64,000 bases of DNA from Raillietiella orientalis. Its lineage: Eukaryota. Numbering within the stretch: the first letter of the stretch is position 1; every line of letters starts with the position of its first letter. The notes beneath the pieces were generated by a model that did not search any database, had not been told where the DNA came from, and was given only the letters and a program-made list of their open reading frames with translations. Both the position numbers and the translations under genes were made by a program. Below are positions 39,601 through 51,100 of this stretch, piece after piece. The DNA is taken from positions 186,001-250,000 of the forward strand of contig JAYWIR010000058.1 of the NCBI GenBank assembly GCA_036172245.1, in the 5' to 3' direction.

Positions 39601-40462
39601 CAATTCGACACCACATTACATCTACCTGTTCAAATACAGACTTTGTAATTCCTTTCTCCCACTCATCAAGTACTTCTTGACTCAACTTTTCTATCATCCT
39701 TTACTAAGAAATTGTTTTTCCAAATATTAGCATAAAAAAAGGCACAGGTAAAAAGTTAATGGAGTACCATTTATTCTGCAAACTCCCTTAATGACACATC
39801 TCAACCAATACTCATCCAATGCGAGGAATAGACTACAGACTTCTATTTTGTACAGTCATATAATGAAACATATAAAACTTATATCTGAAACTGTATAAAA
39901 CTATCTATATAAACGAAATTTCTTCATCGAAGCCAAAAATATGCTGACATTGGCTCAATTCCTATGTTGATCACCACTGCCGCACATAAACAGCAGTGGT
40001 GATCATAATTTTTTTCACTAATCACTGACTCAAATTATTGTTGCATTCGAAATCAGGTGCAATACGATGTGCACCTTCAAATTCATATTCATATCTTGCA
40101 AAACGGTGTCAATCCAGATGAGGAAGCTTTTTGCTAACAGATCAAATATGAAAATCTACAAAGACAACCTGCACATGTACTCCTGCTGTATTATTTGATG
40201 CATTATTGATGCATATTAAGTCATCAAGGAATCAATCCTTTTTATCGTAGAAGTGATTCATGGAACTGGTCATTCTGTCCAATCTTATGAAAACAAAATC
40301 CTATAGTAAAATCGTACTCAACTTGAGTAAATTTCAGATGGTTTCTCCTTTACAATGATACTCTATTGTTGGATACATTTTTTGTTCTATTGGCACATTA
40401 TACAGAATTACGTTTATGGTAAACATTAATGGTAAATTTTAAATTTAATTATTTTAAAAAGG

Positions 40463-40518
40463 CAGGGAATAGTTTAATAGAATATTTTGCTTACAACAAA
40501 AAGGAAAAATTTCTTTAA
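40463..40518 (+). tRNA. trnV: Mitochondrial-type tRNA-Val(TAC) copy in the NUMT, apparently without a T-arm
   Basis: Anticodon arm ttttg-ctTACaa-caaaa; D region tagtttaatagaata; acceptor cagggaa/ttcttta; only about 9 nt (aggaaaaat) in place of the variable loop and T-arm. Confidence 0.7.
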
Positions 40519-40534
40519 AAATTTAAAATTGAAA

Positions 40535-40596
40535 ACTAATATGACAGAAATATATGTATTAAATTTAGGATTTAATTATGCTTAAAGCTGTTAGTA
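40535..40596 (+). tRNA. trnL1: Mitochondrial-type tRNA-Leu(TAG) copy in the NUMT
   Basis: Acceptor actaata/tgttagt; anticodon arm ttaaa-ttTAGga-tttaa; short T-arm gct-taa-agc. Confidence 0.8.
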
Positions 40597-40599
40597 AGG

Positions 40600-41260
40600 A
40601 TTTTTACATGTGATTTAATATTAGTTGAAATAATGAGGTGTATACAAATTTTAAAAGTAAATGTGTAGTATTTAATTTTAATTATAAAAAAATTTGAATT
40701 AGTAATTATTTAAGATTTTGCTAATATGCGTGCCAGCAGTAGCGGTTAAACATAAAAGTTAAATTAATATTAATGCTTTATTAATTTGAAATAAAATTTT
40801 TGGTTTTATATTTAGATATTAAGTTTTGATAAGTTATTGTTTGTAAAATAGAATTAGGTACTCTAGTATAAATAGTGGATATTAAAAAATGAGGAGGAAG
40901 ACTTATATGAATTGGTGGTAATGAGGATTATTAGGAGAGTTTGCTTAGTAAATGATAATCCACGAGGAATTTGCCTTTGGTGTTTGTATATCGTTGATTT
41001 GATTATTTAGGAGTAATTAATTTTCTTAATAAAGGTAATTGAAAGTTTTAATCAAGATGGAGCATGAAAAGGAATATTAGTGAGCTACAATATTTAAAAT
41101 GAGTTAAATAAAATGATTGCTATGCGCAAGGAAATATGGTTGAATTTGACTATGGAAGTACTAGAAGTATATGCTTAGTAATGAATTACTAGTGAGTTGT
41201 GGGTTTTGGAGATAGTTGTCATAAGATTTTAATGTTTAATTAATATTAATTTTTTAAGTA
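40600..41260 (+). rRNA. rrnS: Mitochondrial 12S rRNA pseudogene (NUMT)
   Basis: gtgccagcagtagcggttaaac at about 40730-40751, then decayed conserved blocks in order: tagaattaggtactctagtat, gaattggtggt, gataatccacg, ttgtatatcgt, tcaagatggagc, gagctacaat. The 3' conserved motifs are eroded. Confidence 0.85.
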
Positions 41261-42149
41261 TTTATGAGTGGAACGTAGTTAATAATGGTTTATGTGAAGT
41301 AGTGGTAGCTAAAATAAGGTAAAGTTTTTATTTTCAAAATAGGCATTTCGATCAATCAGTTATTTCTTATGGAATAATGAAGATTTTTTATTTTAATTTC
41401 TTCTAAAACAATGTGGAGTTAAAATATTTTGTGCTTTATAATTTTTAATATGGTACTCCTGAAATTTTTTTGATGAAATCGCTGACATATACATATCTTT
41501 AATTTAGGGATGTGTTATTCAGAAATAAGTGCATGCATCATGTTGGTTGCCCCAGGTATCTGATTCCTTGAGAGCCTTGTGAGGTCGTTTTCAACGATCA
41601 CCTTGTCGGTGCTTATGTTTATTGCTTTGCTAAGAGCTCTCAGCAGCTACTTGTGAATTCAAATAAATCTGTGCTGTTCCCTGTTTGGGGTCAAAACATT
41701 CTTGCAGTCATCACCTTTGTCTTTTTCATCTATTGGGTATCACCTATCCTATCAGTCTTCTCTGACCTACCTTGAAAGTTTGGGTTCTTCGCGCAAAATA
41801 TTCAGCGATCAGTAATAGAGTCTGGAAGACTTATAGATCGACGAGGTCTTTCGGACTTGCTATGAGTTTTGTCACGTGCAGCTCTGAGCGTTCCCAAAAC
41901 CCGGAGAATGACCACACTGTGGCTGCAAGAGCAGGGCACTGCCGGCTCCGGGATCACGAAAGGAAACGCAACTTTTTCTCCTACTTTGCAGTTCCTTGGC
42001 ACACAATAGAACGCACCTATACATAGCCATAGAAGGCTCCCGTGCCTTGCAACCTCCGAGCTAACCTAAATCCAGGGGAAAGGACGGGGAGGGAGAGGAG
42101 GATCATACTCAGCATGGTGGGCTACCAAAGTTCTGGGCAGAGGACGGAG

Positions 42150-42650
42150 TCCAGCATCCACTACCCTTAACACTTGGGTATCCCTCGTTGTGACTGGGAA
42201 TGGCTATTCACTGCATGTAGGACCCGCCTTGGCGGCTGGGTAACGCCGAGAATGGGTGCGTCGTGGATTTTCGAGCCCATCCCCCAAGTCGCTGGTTGGC
42301 CGATAGTCTTCGGGTGTGATGCAAGTGCGCGTAGGAAACCGGCTGTCCCGGTGACTGGCCGGGATTGGAAATTGACCCTCCAGAGTCCTTTCAGGATTCA
42401 AGGAGCGCCAGTCCCCTCTGGGGTTTCCCTCCAGTTGTGTAATCGTAATCGACCCCTTCCTCGGGGGGAGCCTCCATCGTGTTCCACGTAGCTGGATTCC
42501 TCTCCAGAGTGTCGGAAGCGCGTTGCCCCCTTCAGGGCAACTTTTTAGAAGTATAAACGGGGAGTGGTTCCCTTACGGGTTCCTTCCGTAGAAGAAATCA
42601 AGAGCGGCCTCTTTTGGGGAATCCTCTCTGAGAAATGGGAGTTACACCTA
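42150..42650 (+). repeat. Second diverged copy of the GC-rich repeat at 16371-17210
   Basis: Collinear nucleotide blocks; shadow translations also match (TPEGRHPIPAIHRG..PEYRPTS vs TLEGQFPIPASHRD..PEDYRPTS). Confidence 0.65.
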
Positions 42651-42699
42651 GCACCTTCGGGTGGTGCTGAAAGGCTACGCTAGTGACATCGTGGAGGCA

Positions 42700-43370
42700 T
42701 CGCCGAGAGACACTTCTAAGAGGCGGACTTCTTGAGATCTTTCTGAGCCCCGAAATGAGTTTCCTTTTTCTTTTGGGTATGTGTGCAAGACAGAGAGGAG
42801 AACAGGAGGAGGAAAGTCAGCCAAGGGATGCCTCCGTACTCTTAGTTTGTGACCATAGTATCCATGGCATGGAGGCACACTTTCCACTCTTGTTCACTGC
42901 TTGTCAGTGAATATCCCTTCCCGTGGAAGGTGAGGGTTACTACATGACATGAGAGGTAACATCACGTGGTTAGTGATGGGTCCCTAGAGACTTTTTCTCC
43001 GATACTTCCACCCTGCACGGGGAAGAGAAAGACAGGTTCTTTCGTCGACATTTTCTTCTACACCATTCGCTCCGTGCACTCCTTCCACACTGAGGTCCTG
43101 CACTTGTTTTCTTTCAAAGCTCCCAGGGATGTACTTTTTTTTTTCACTCTCCCCAGCTCCCATCCTGTCCTGGAGTGCGGCCAATACCTAGAGCTGATTC
43201 TGTCCTTCTCAGAAATTTCCTTCCCTGTGCTTTCTCTTCCCTTTAGTGAACGAAGGGAAATAGGAGAGTGTCTACCCGCTCGTTCTCACAATCACCTTCC
43301 ATCGGCACAAATCGTGGTGAGGCAACTCTCTCCACCTCTGGGAATTGGGGATCCATTCCCTTTCTAAAAA
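42700..43370 (-). mobile_element. Decayed Gypsy RT/RNase H linker fragment
   Basis: VWKECTERMV*KKMSTKEPVFLFP resembles WxxECxxAFxxLKxxLTxxPVLxxP. Confidence 0.35.
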
Positions 43371-45128
43371 TGACTTTTCCATGTCGATGCTGAGAAATTT
43401 TATAGAGGTTTTGTAGAGGTCGAAGCTCTTTTTTCCTCCATCAGCTGCATGATGTCTCATCTGGATAGTCTGGATAGAAGAAACGCGACCCTGGGTCTGC
43501 TCTTTAACTGAAGAGAGCCGCATTTTTCAATGCCTGCTTTCAGCACCAATGAGCTAAATCACGATGTAACGCATATATGCGTGTTGTAGTTTGGTGAGAG
43601 TACACTCCAAGAGAAAAAAGAAATGGACTTACCGCTCACATCCTCTCACTTTCTTCTTTTCCTCCAGGAGACAAAGGAGAAAGCGAGGGATGTGAGCTGT
43701 AAGTTTCGATCTGAGGAGTCTGCGCCTCTCCTTCACCTTCTCCTTCCCGTCTGGAAAAGTTCCAATCTTGCAAAGGGGGCTTCCAGCAGATGCCGGTCAG
43801 CAGTTTCTTTGAAGATATGATCACGTTCCACGGAGAAAGGCTCTGGGAAACTGCAGGGAGTTCTGACTATAGAGAACAAATGTCATAGCTTCTGGCTCTC
43901 TCATTCGGCTCTCCTACTTATCTTTAAAGGCGCAGAGTTTCTCTAAATCATAAATTTCCTGATATCAGAAACCAACCGGTCAGCGTATCCATTGTTTCAA
44001 GAACACCGACCGGTAGACCACTTTGAGCTTGTAATGGGCGCAGAGCACTCGGTCCTCAGTCTCCCGTGATTCCTCTCAGATAGACTTTCGCTCTGCTAGA
44101 AAAACAAATCTCACCCTTCTACCTAGATATTTGCCAAGTATGGCAACCCCATCTGTACAAATAACCGAGATCCATTACTTTCCTTACTGAAAAGGATCTT
44201 TTTTTTTTGAAGAAGTCATTTTTTCTTTCTTTCTTTGGAAATGCTTGGGAGGGACATTCTCACATCTCTGATGGACAAAACCCCTACAATCAATCAGCAT
44301 GCTTTTAGGAAATCTCCATTCCGCTAGCAGAAGGAAAGGAAAAGAGAGAAATTTTCTTGGCTGCCGGACTGAAAGAGTCTCTCCGATTCGTCTACCGCAG
44401 CAAGGAGCTCGGAAGCTGTGACGGAGCGCTTCAGATATCTGTCAACAGCCGAAACGTCCTCTTGCCGATCTGCATGTAAGACGGATCGGTTGTTTCCTGG
44501 AATGCTTGTCCTCCGCTTCACGTTTGCTTCCAGTCCACTCTTCTGGAGAACTTCTACAGAGAGCGATCGATCGATCGATCCATTTCTCTTCCTTCCTATT
44601 AACCCCAGAGGTCACTTTCTCTCCATATCTCTGGTTATCTACCTTTTCATTCTTTCTTCTATTAGAAAGAAATGCTTTATGTTTTTTCCTATTTTGGTAC
44701 CGCTCACTGCCGACAAGCGCCAACGATACGCGGAGGAATACGGAAGATTAGGGATGAAAGACCCCTCACATTTAGTTTCTTCTGGTATGCGGTTCTCAAT
44801 CAAAAGATTTCCGACAGCACCAGCGAGACTCTATCCTCTCGCTCAGTTCAACGGCTGAGTGACGCGGCAGACAATGCAGATACTCGAGTAACATTCTGCG
44901 GATGCAAGAAACAAGTTTCTTCTCCTCCCCAGCACCTCCCCTTCAGAAACAGCCTGATCCCGCGCACAAGGTGCAAGGGAGGTTTCGGCTGCATATCTTC
45001 TAGCTTCTGACAACTCGTCAGAACGAACGAAAGCCGCTCGGAAAAAAAATTCCTTCAGACCACGCTTTAACTTCGCAACAACACGTGCTGCTTGAACTAA
45101 CCACTGCCGCTTGTGTTTCGCCCCTCAG

Positions 45129-48100
45129 ACGGGAACCGAGCGGCCAGCTGAGAGCTGGGTGCAGTTGCCTCCACCTTCGAGAGGAAGACACGATGCTTGG
45201 CTGCCGACTCCGGGCTGTCCTGCACCTCTACAATGTGGGAAATAAACCAACGAGATTCCGGCTGGCCTGCGAGGATCGGTCCCTTCTTTTCTCCCCGTCT
45301 TCTGGAAGCATTGCTCCGAATTCCGATGAGCGAATCCAAGTGACCCGTGATTCGCTTCCGGAAGCAAAAGCTATGGGCTACAGGGAGGAAGTTGTGTGAG
45401 TTTGTAAAGAATAAACGCTCAGTAGCATAAGTGCAGTGGATTCAGCGCAGATCTTGTTTTCTTGTTTTGTTTTGTTTTGCTTTGTTTTCTCGCTTAGTTT
45501 TAAGGTTTTGACGGGAAGACAGTGTACTGCCACTTGCTGGCTGCTGGAACTTGAGAATTTCTAAACGCGGAAGTCGCAAAGTTGAGTTTGCACCGGCTCG
45601 CTCTCAGACTTTTCGAAATAAACACGCTTGCTGATGCTTCCTTATCTTCCTCCAAATCTTGAAAATTTTTTACGAGTTCTCAACTATGAGTCATCAGCCT
45701 TGCTTCAACAACTGAAAAAACAAACAAACGGAGCTTCCTTTAACCATTGAAGGGCACCGAAGAAACAAGTTACAAGAAGAGAAAAAATTCCATGACAGAA
45801 GGACATGGAAGGAATGGAGGGTCATCAGATCGAAGCCTACGAGCGCTTGCTCGTTTCTGCATGCAATTTGGTTCCTCTCTAGTCGAAACCGCTGACACAC
45901 GCTTAGCGTGCGAATCCAAAATAACCAATCAAGAAACAGCCGGCACTTACGAGGCTGAAACAAGAACGCGTGACAACCTTTCCCGAAAAGCGCATCTAGA
46001 GTGCTTGCATTTTATCAAGATTTCTCTATAGAGAGCTTGCATCGTTCTATTCCCAACTTTCTCCTTCGTTTCTCTGAAAAGGGTGAGCAGCGATAACAGT
46101 CAAGAGCAAATCCGAGTGCTGCTGATGGCGGAGCCAGTCAGGCGCACCCTGGAGATCCGCTGCTGCAAGACGGGAGTCTACCTCGAGGAAATACAGCTGA
46201 AGCCAACCTTTTTCGGAGCGAGGAGTTCAGCGGCGTTCTTCCTGGTGAGCGAAGCATTCTCGTCCTCTGCCCGCTTCGTTGTGACTTGGGACGCGGCTGC
46301 GGGCGGGCAACTACTGGTATAGTTTGGGAGCGAGATGAGGAGATCTGAGAATCAATGGACATCAGGGAGAGCCCTTGACGTTCGCTTTAAAACATCCGCC
46401 TTCCGATGCAGCAGGACAGATGAGCAAACTGCACTTTTGTGACGCCAACTATTCGACACGAGACATTGAAAAGATATTCGTGGTCAGTCCGAGAGAAGGT
46501 CACCTGGGAACTGGGAAGCAGAGGATGAAAATCGAGTAAGTTCTCCCTGTTCTTTCCTTAAAGAAACGCATAATTTGTCTCCACCATTCTACTCTACTGA
46601 AGAAAAAAAAACGAAAAAACGCGTACACACACGACTGTGTGAGCAAATTCCCTCATTCTCTCTCTGTAAATCCCAAGATTTTCACCTCCGAGTCTCTCGG
46701 TCGAACAGGACGGAGCAACTTACAAGAAAGGACACTTGCCTGTTCTCAAGTATCGAATCATGCTTGCCGTAGACGTGGTCGACCAGCATTCGTCCTCCTT
46801 CCACACAGGTTTGACTGTTGGACAATTTCACTCTTCTCTCCCTCTTCCCTCCCCTTACGAACCCTCTCCCAGCCGTAGACTTTTGCTCTGTGCTGAACTC
46901 CTCCACATGCCTCTTCCGAGGTGAGAGCTCTTACTTGCTCAGAGCAGAGTTAGCCTGTTCCTTATTCTTGGTTCGATAGGCTAATCTCTCCTCGTGCACG
47001 CATACGCACTCTCTGTTATTGGTATGAATTCCGGCTTCATCGAGTTCCATCCTTCTTTGTGTGTGCCCTCGCATTTTAACTTCAAATTCTATGCCGGTCT
47101 TTGTTTTGCACTCATATACACCTTTGTTGATGTAGACAGCAGCATTTCTGCATGGAAAAAAACGAAACAAGACAAAAATAAGTACCTAAGGCGGTCTCCA
47201 TTGTGGTGGCCTCGTCTTATGAGGGGTGTTTTCTTTGTTTGGCTGAAAGTGGAAGTTCCTGGCATAGAACAGAACAGAGAAAACACCGATGCTTGTCAAA
47301 GAAAGTCCACCGTCCTCTGTCTGTCTAGATGTTGTTGTAGTCAATTTCGTCAACGTTCTGGTCTACTAGATCCGCAAACTTCCTCTCCGTTACATAAAGG
47401 GAAACAACGTTCATAAAGGAAATGACGTTGTTTAACAACAAATTGTGTAAGGGTTTTATGATTTCGCACTTAGGTTCTCGCGTAAATAAGAGACCCCATA
47501 TTAACGCGAACACCTTTTTTTAACATAAGATCCTGGCATTTCTAACTTTGGAGGAAAGAGGACTTGGGCAACATTCTTTCGTTTTCTCCAGCAACCGGGC
47601 TTACAAAAGCATTGTCGATGCTCGTTTGGTTTGTCTTTGTTCTACGAAAAAAAATGTCTCATTTTCGCAAATACTGTTTTCCTGTTCCCCAATGAGTGCA
47701 CGACTGAAGGTATTCTATAAAAAGCAAGGTAGCTTTGAGCAGTTTCGTTGGTTGTTCCTCACTTGCATTTTCACAGCCCTTTTCCTAGATTTTCCGTGTT
47801 TGAATGAGAATCAGAATGTGCTTCAAGCCAATAAATTGCAAGTAGGCGCACATCAGGGTGCCAGATGCTTCTAACAAATGGAAGATCCGCTAATGTGGAA
47901 CATGCCTTGCAGAGTGCACAAGGCATGAGTCCTGAAGATTCTTCGTTGTTTTCTTATCCATGTTTATGTCGTTCCCTCTCTTCCGCATCCTCATATCCGT
48001 CTACTTCCCTTGATTGATTTCTTGCTTACAGAAACAGCAGGTAGAATTTCTTACTCTTCTAGCATATTGAACAAGCACAAAGCTGATGAAGAGGAACATG

Positions 48101-51100
48101 AGTAACTCTCCCAAAGTACCTCGGATTTCAGTCAAGTTTTTCAGACTGTACACAGTCCTTTCAAATGCAGGTGCCTTTAGTTTCCTAGTGTTAGTAATCT
48201 GGAGCGAAAAATTTCTCTTAGAAGACATTCGACCTTTTTCTGAAACCGTCGTTTGTTCTCTATGTGTCCTCTTTCTGTCAAATCCTTGACGACAGTGCAT
48301 AATCTTCGAGACCAAAAACAGTCTGCGACATAGCCTGCCGAAGACTTGCAGCTGTGCAGAACTGTCACGTTCATTCTGGACATTTCACTCACTTCATCAG
48401 AGGCAACAGTGGAAAGGTGGTTCAGGGGAAGACATCTCTCAGACTGCGGTCCAAAATCTGAATGATGGTCCTTTCTGTTTGATATCATTGATATTCTGTT
48501 CTATCGTTTCCCTTCCAAATGCAGTTTCGTTGTTCTCTTCCCACATTTCTTCCGTTCTCGGGGTTCAAGTTGCACGCATCTTTCTAGAGAGCATTGATTA
48601 CCACCGCAATTGGAAAGGAACAACGTGGTTGTTTTCGGCGATATTAAGGGATCCTGTTCTTGACGCGTCCCAAAGAGCATCCAGTCTGCTGAAACGATGA
48701 GACGGGACCTCCGAAGGTCGGCGAACATTCAGCATGCTTCCCTTACAGGATTCTCTCTCTCTCTCTTCCCATCCTTACCCGCTTCCTCTTTCCCAAGGGA
48801 GAGCATTTCAAAGAGACGAAAAAAAAAAGAATAGATGCCGGAATCTTATAAAAATGGATTCGGGGAAGAGGGGGCTCTCGGAAATTTGCTCACGAATGTC
48901 AGTGGCTCCAGAAGATTGAGGGGTAGCCATCATTGCAGAAGCATGGTTAGGATGTGTAGCAGTAGGCTTCTTTTGTAGAAGAAAGAGTAATCTTCCCTTT
49001 TTTTGCTTCCGAATGTGATCCTTGGTCTTCCTAAAGCCTAGGTTTAAGCGAACAAGAACAGTTGATGCACTGTAAAGAGCAGCTCCCTGTCAGCAACGGC
49101 TACACGGAACTGATGCTTTGTGCTCGCTTAAGAAACGGACGTGGATCGAAAGAACCTCGAAGATGCGAAAGCAGATGCTTTCGAGCACAGCTTCTTGCCC
49201 TGTTTCAGGACCGCGTCGCAACCTGGCCGTTTCCACTTTCGCCATCCCGCTGTGTGTCACGGTGCAGCCACAGGAAATCGACTTCGGCGTCTGCGTTGTG
49301 GGGACCAGGACAACGAAAGTGATGACAATCCGGAACAAGTCCCTGGAAGCAGTGCATTACCAGATGCGTCCGGGGACGTTCTTCCGCTTTTTTTCCGCCC
49401 ATGGGAAGGTCGACCCCCTCTGCCAAGTGGAAGTTCAAATCTCTTTCCTTCCATGTTACGCCATGCCAGTGAAGACCAAAGTTGCCGTCGCGTTCGGAGC
49501 CTCCTCGCTGGTGAGAGGGGAAAAGACAGCGAGGATCGGAGTAGCCCACATCGTCATAGCAGGAAAGGGTCGATTTGCCATAGTTCCCGTCGTCAGGACA
49601 GGTAAAGGACGCTCCTGATTTCGGCCTTTTTGGAGTGCGAGGTCGCACAAACGTCGAGAGCCCCTCACGACACCATTTGCGTGCAAACGGGTGGTTCCTA
49701 AGCAACAATCTGTGAAAACGCGGAACGGAGTGATGCTGCTGTTCTTTGGGTGTCCGGTTTCCTCCTTTCCGTTTCCTTGCCTGCAAGCCAAAGGGGGACA
49801 TTCTATAAAAGAAACTGCAGGCAAATGAATATGCCTCGGTCGCTACTTTCGGAACGGATGGACGAACCGCCGACGAGACTCGAGCGCGCTCCCTGGAAGA
49901 CAACGTTGTTGTGCGCGAAAGTTAAAAAAAAAAGAATTGCCTAGGTGAGCGGTGGCTCAATTTCAAATCTTCGGGATGCTGCGGCTCATGCCTTGTACTC
50001 TTCGGAAATGGCGACCGCTGGGAGAGGAGGTGCCTGAATTTCGGATTGGATCCTGTTGGGGGACGACACGAAAGAGCCTCGTAGCTTTATCAAAGTACCA
50101 GACCTCAAATCTGATGCGATCTCCGCAGAAGGGAAGAAAATGATACGGGAAAGGAGACTTCCAGTTGACTGCCAAAGAGGGGTCTCTGCCTCCCGAGTCG
50201 AGCTGGGAGAGTCGAAGATTGTGCTTCCCGATCTCCTGTCCTTGAGTTTCGCCTCAGGGGAACTTCTTTCCACGATTTTCGCCCTTCATTCTGCGCGGGG
50301 GATAAACGGAGCGGGGATGAACATCCAGGGCACCTTCTGTGGCGAATTCCTGTTTCCATGTTTCCATTCCAGATAGAGCAGGGGCGATGAAAGAAGGTGC
50401 GTCTCCCGCGAAGGACAGAATCATCTCTGAGGCCGCCAACACCAGGACTTCTTTTCGCGACTGTCGCCTTGGGCAGAGCAGGTAAGAAAGATGAAAGTCT
50501 TTGCGAGTGCATGAGCGTGAGTACGAGGGCGTGTCCTTACCGCTGCCGCCTCTGGGATGCTTCACGGACGAGAGTAGTCTTTTCTTATTGATCTGAGCGT
50601 CTGCCACCACGGCAGCCCCATCCCTTCCCGGCAACGTGCGTGAGCTATTCCCCTGGGTATCTGAGGGAAGTGTCCCGGGACATTTTGAAAAATCCGATGA
50701 GATAGGGAAGCCAGGACTCTTGAGAAAATCTGCTTTCTCACGACTCGCTGCGAGGCTCAGAGGAGCAGTAGCAGCCGTGACGTGTTGAGGGAGCGAGTGA
50801 CGCGTCAAGTTGGCACCACTGTCTTCTCGAACGAAATGGCGGGAACGGTCACCGCCTTTCGAGCGGGGCGGTAGGATGCCACTTTCTCCACTGAGACGCG
50901 AAGGAATGAACTGCGAAACTTTGTGCTGGAAACGGGAACGCAGAATCCCTATCGTGAATTTGCTTGAAGTTCTTCCCAAGAAACAGGAGGAATTCCCCTG
51001 AAGGTGTCCGGTAATCACCTGCCCACCTCGGTGAGGCTAGCAGAATGGCTGTCGATGGCAGGCGACGCTGCATGCCTCCTGACAGAGACTTTCCCTGCGG

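Larger units (their letters stand above)
40420..41460 (+). other. Nuclear copy of mitochondrial DNA (NUMT)
   Basis: Very AT-rich block with strong G over C skew, containing two mitochondrial-type tRNAs and 12S rRNA motifs, inside nuclear sequence. Edges approximate. Confidence 0.88.

Noticed and set aside
41265..41360. Additional mitochondrial tRNAs (Phe/Trp-like) after rrnS
   Set aside because: Only partial anticodon-like loops; acceptor stems could not be paired convincingly.
44129..44148. RFX X-box upstream of CFAP47 (ttgccaagtatggcaac)
   Set aside because: Half-site spacing exceeds the consensus and the CFAP47 TSS is unknown.
47835..47870. SIWHPDV on the minus strand as a Cys-loop receptor motif
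   Set aside because: No Cys-loop or transmembrane exons found; the frame closes and the splice phases do not link.
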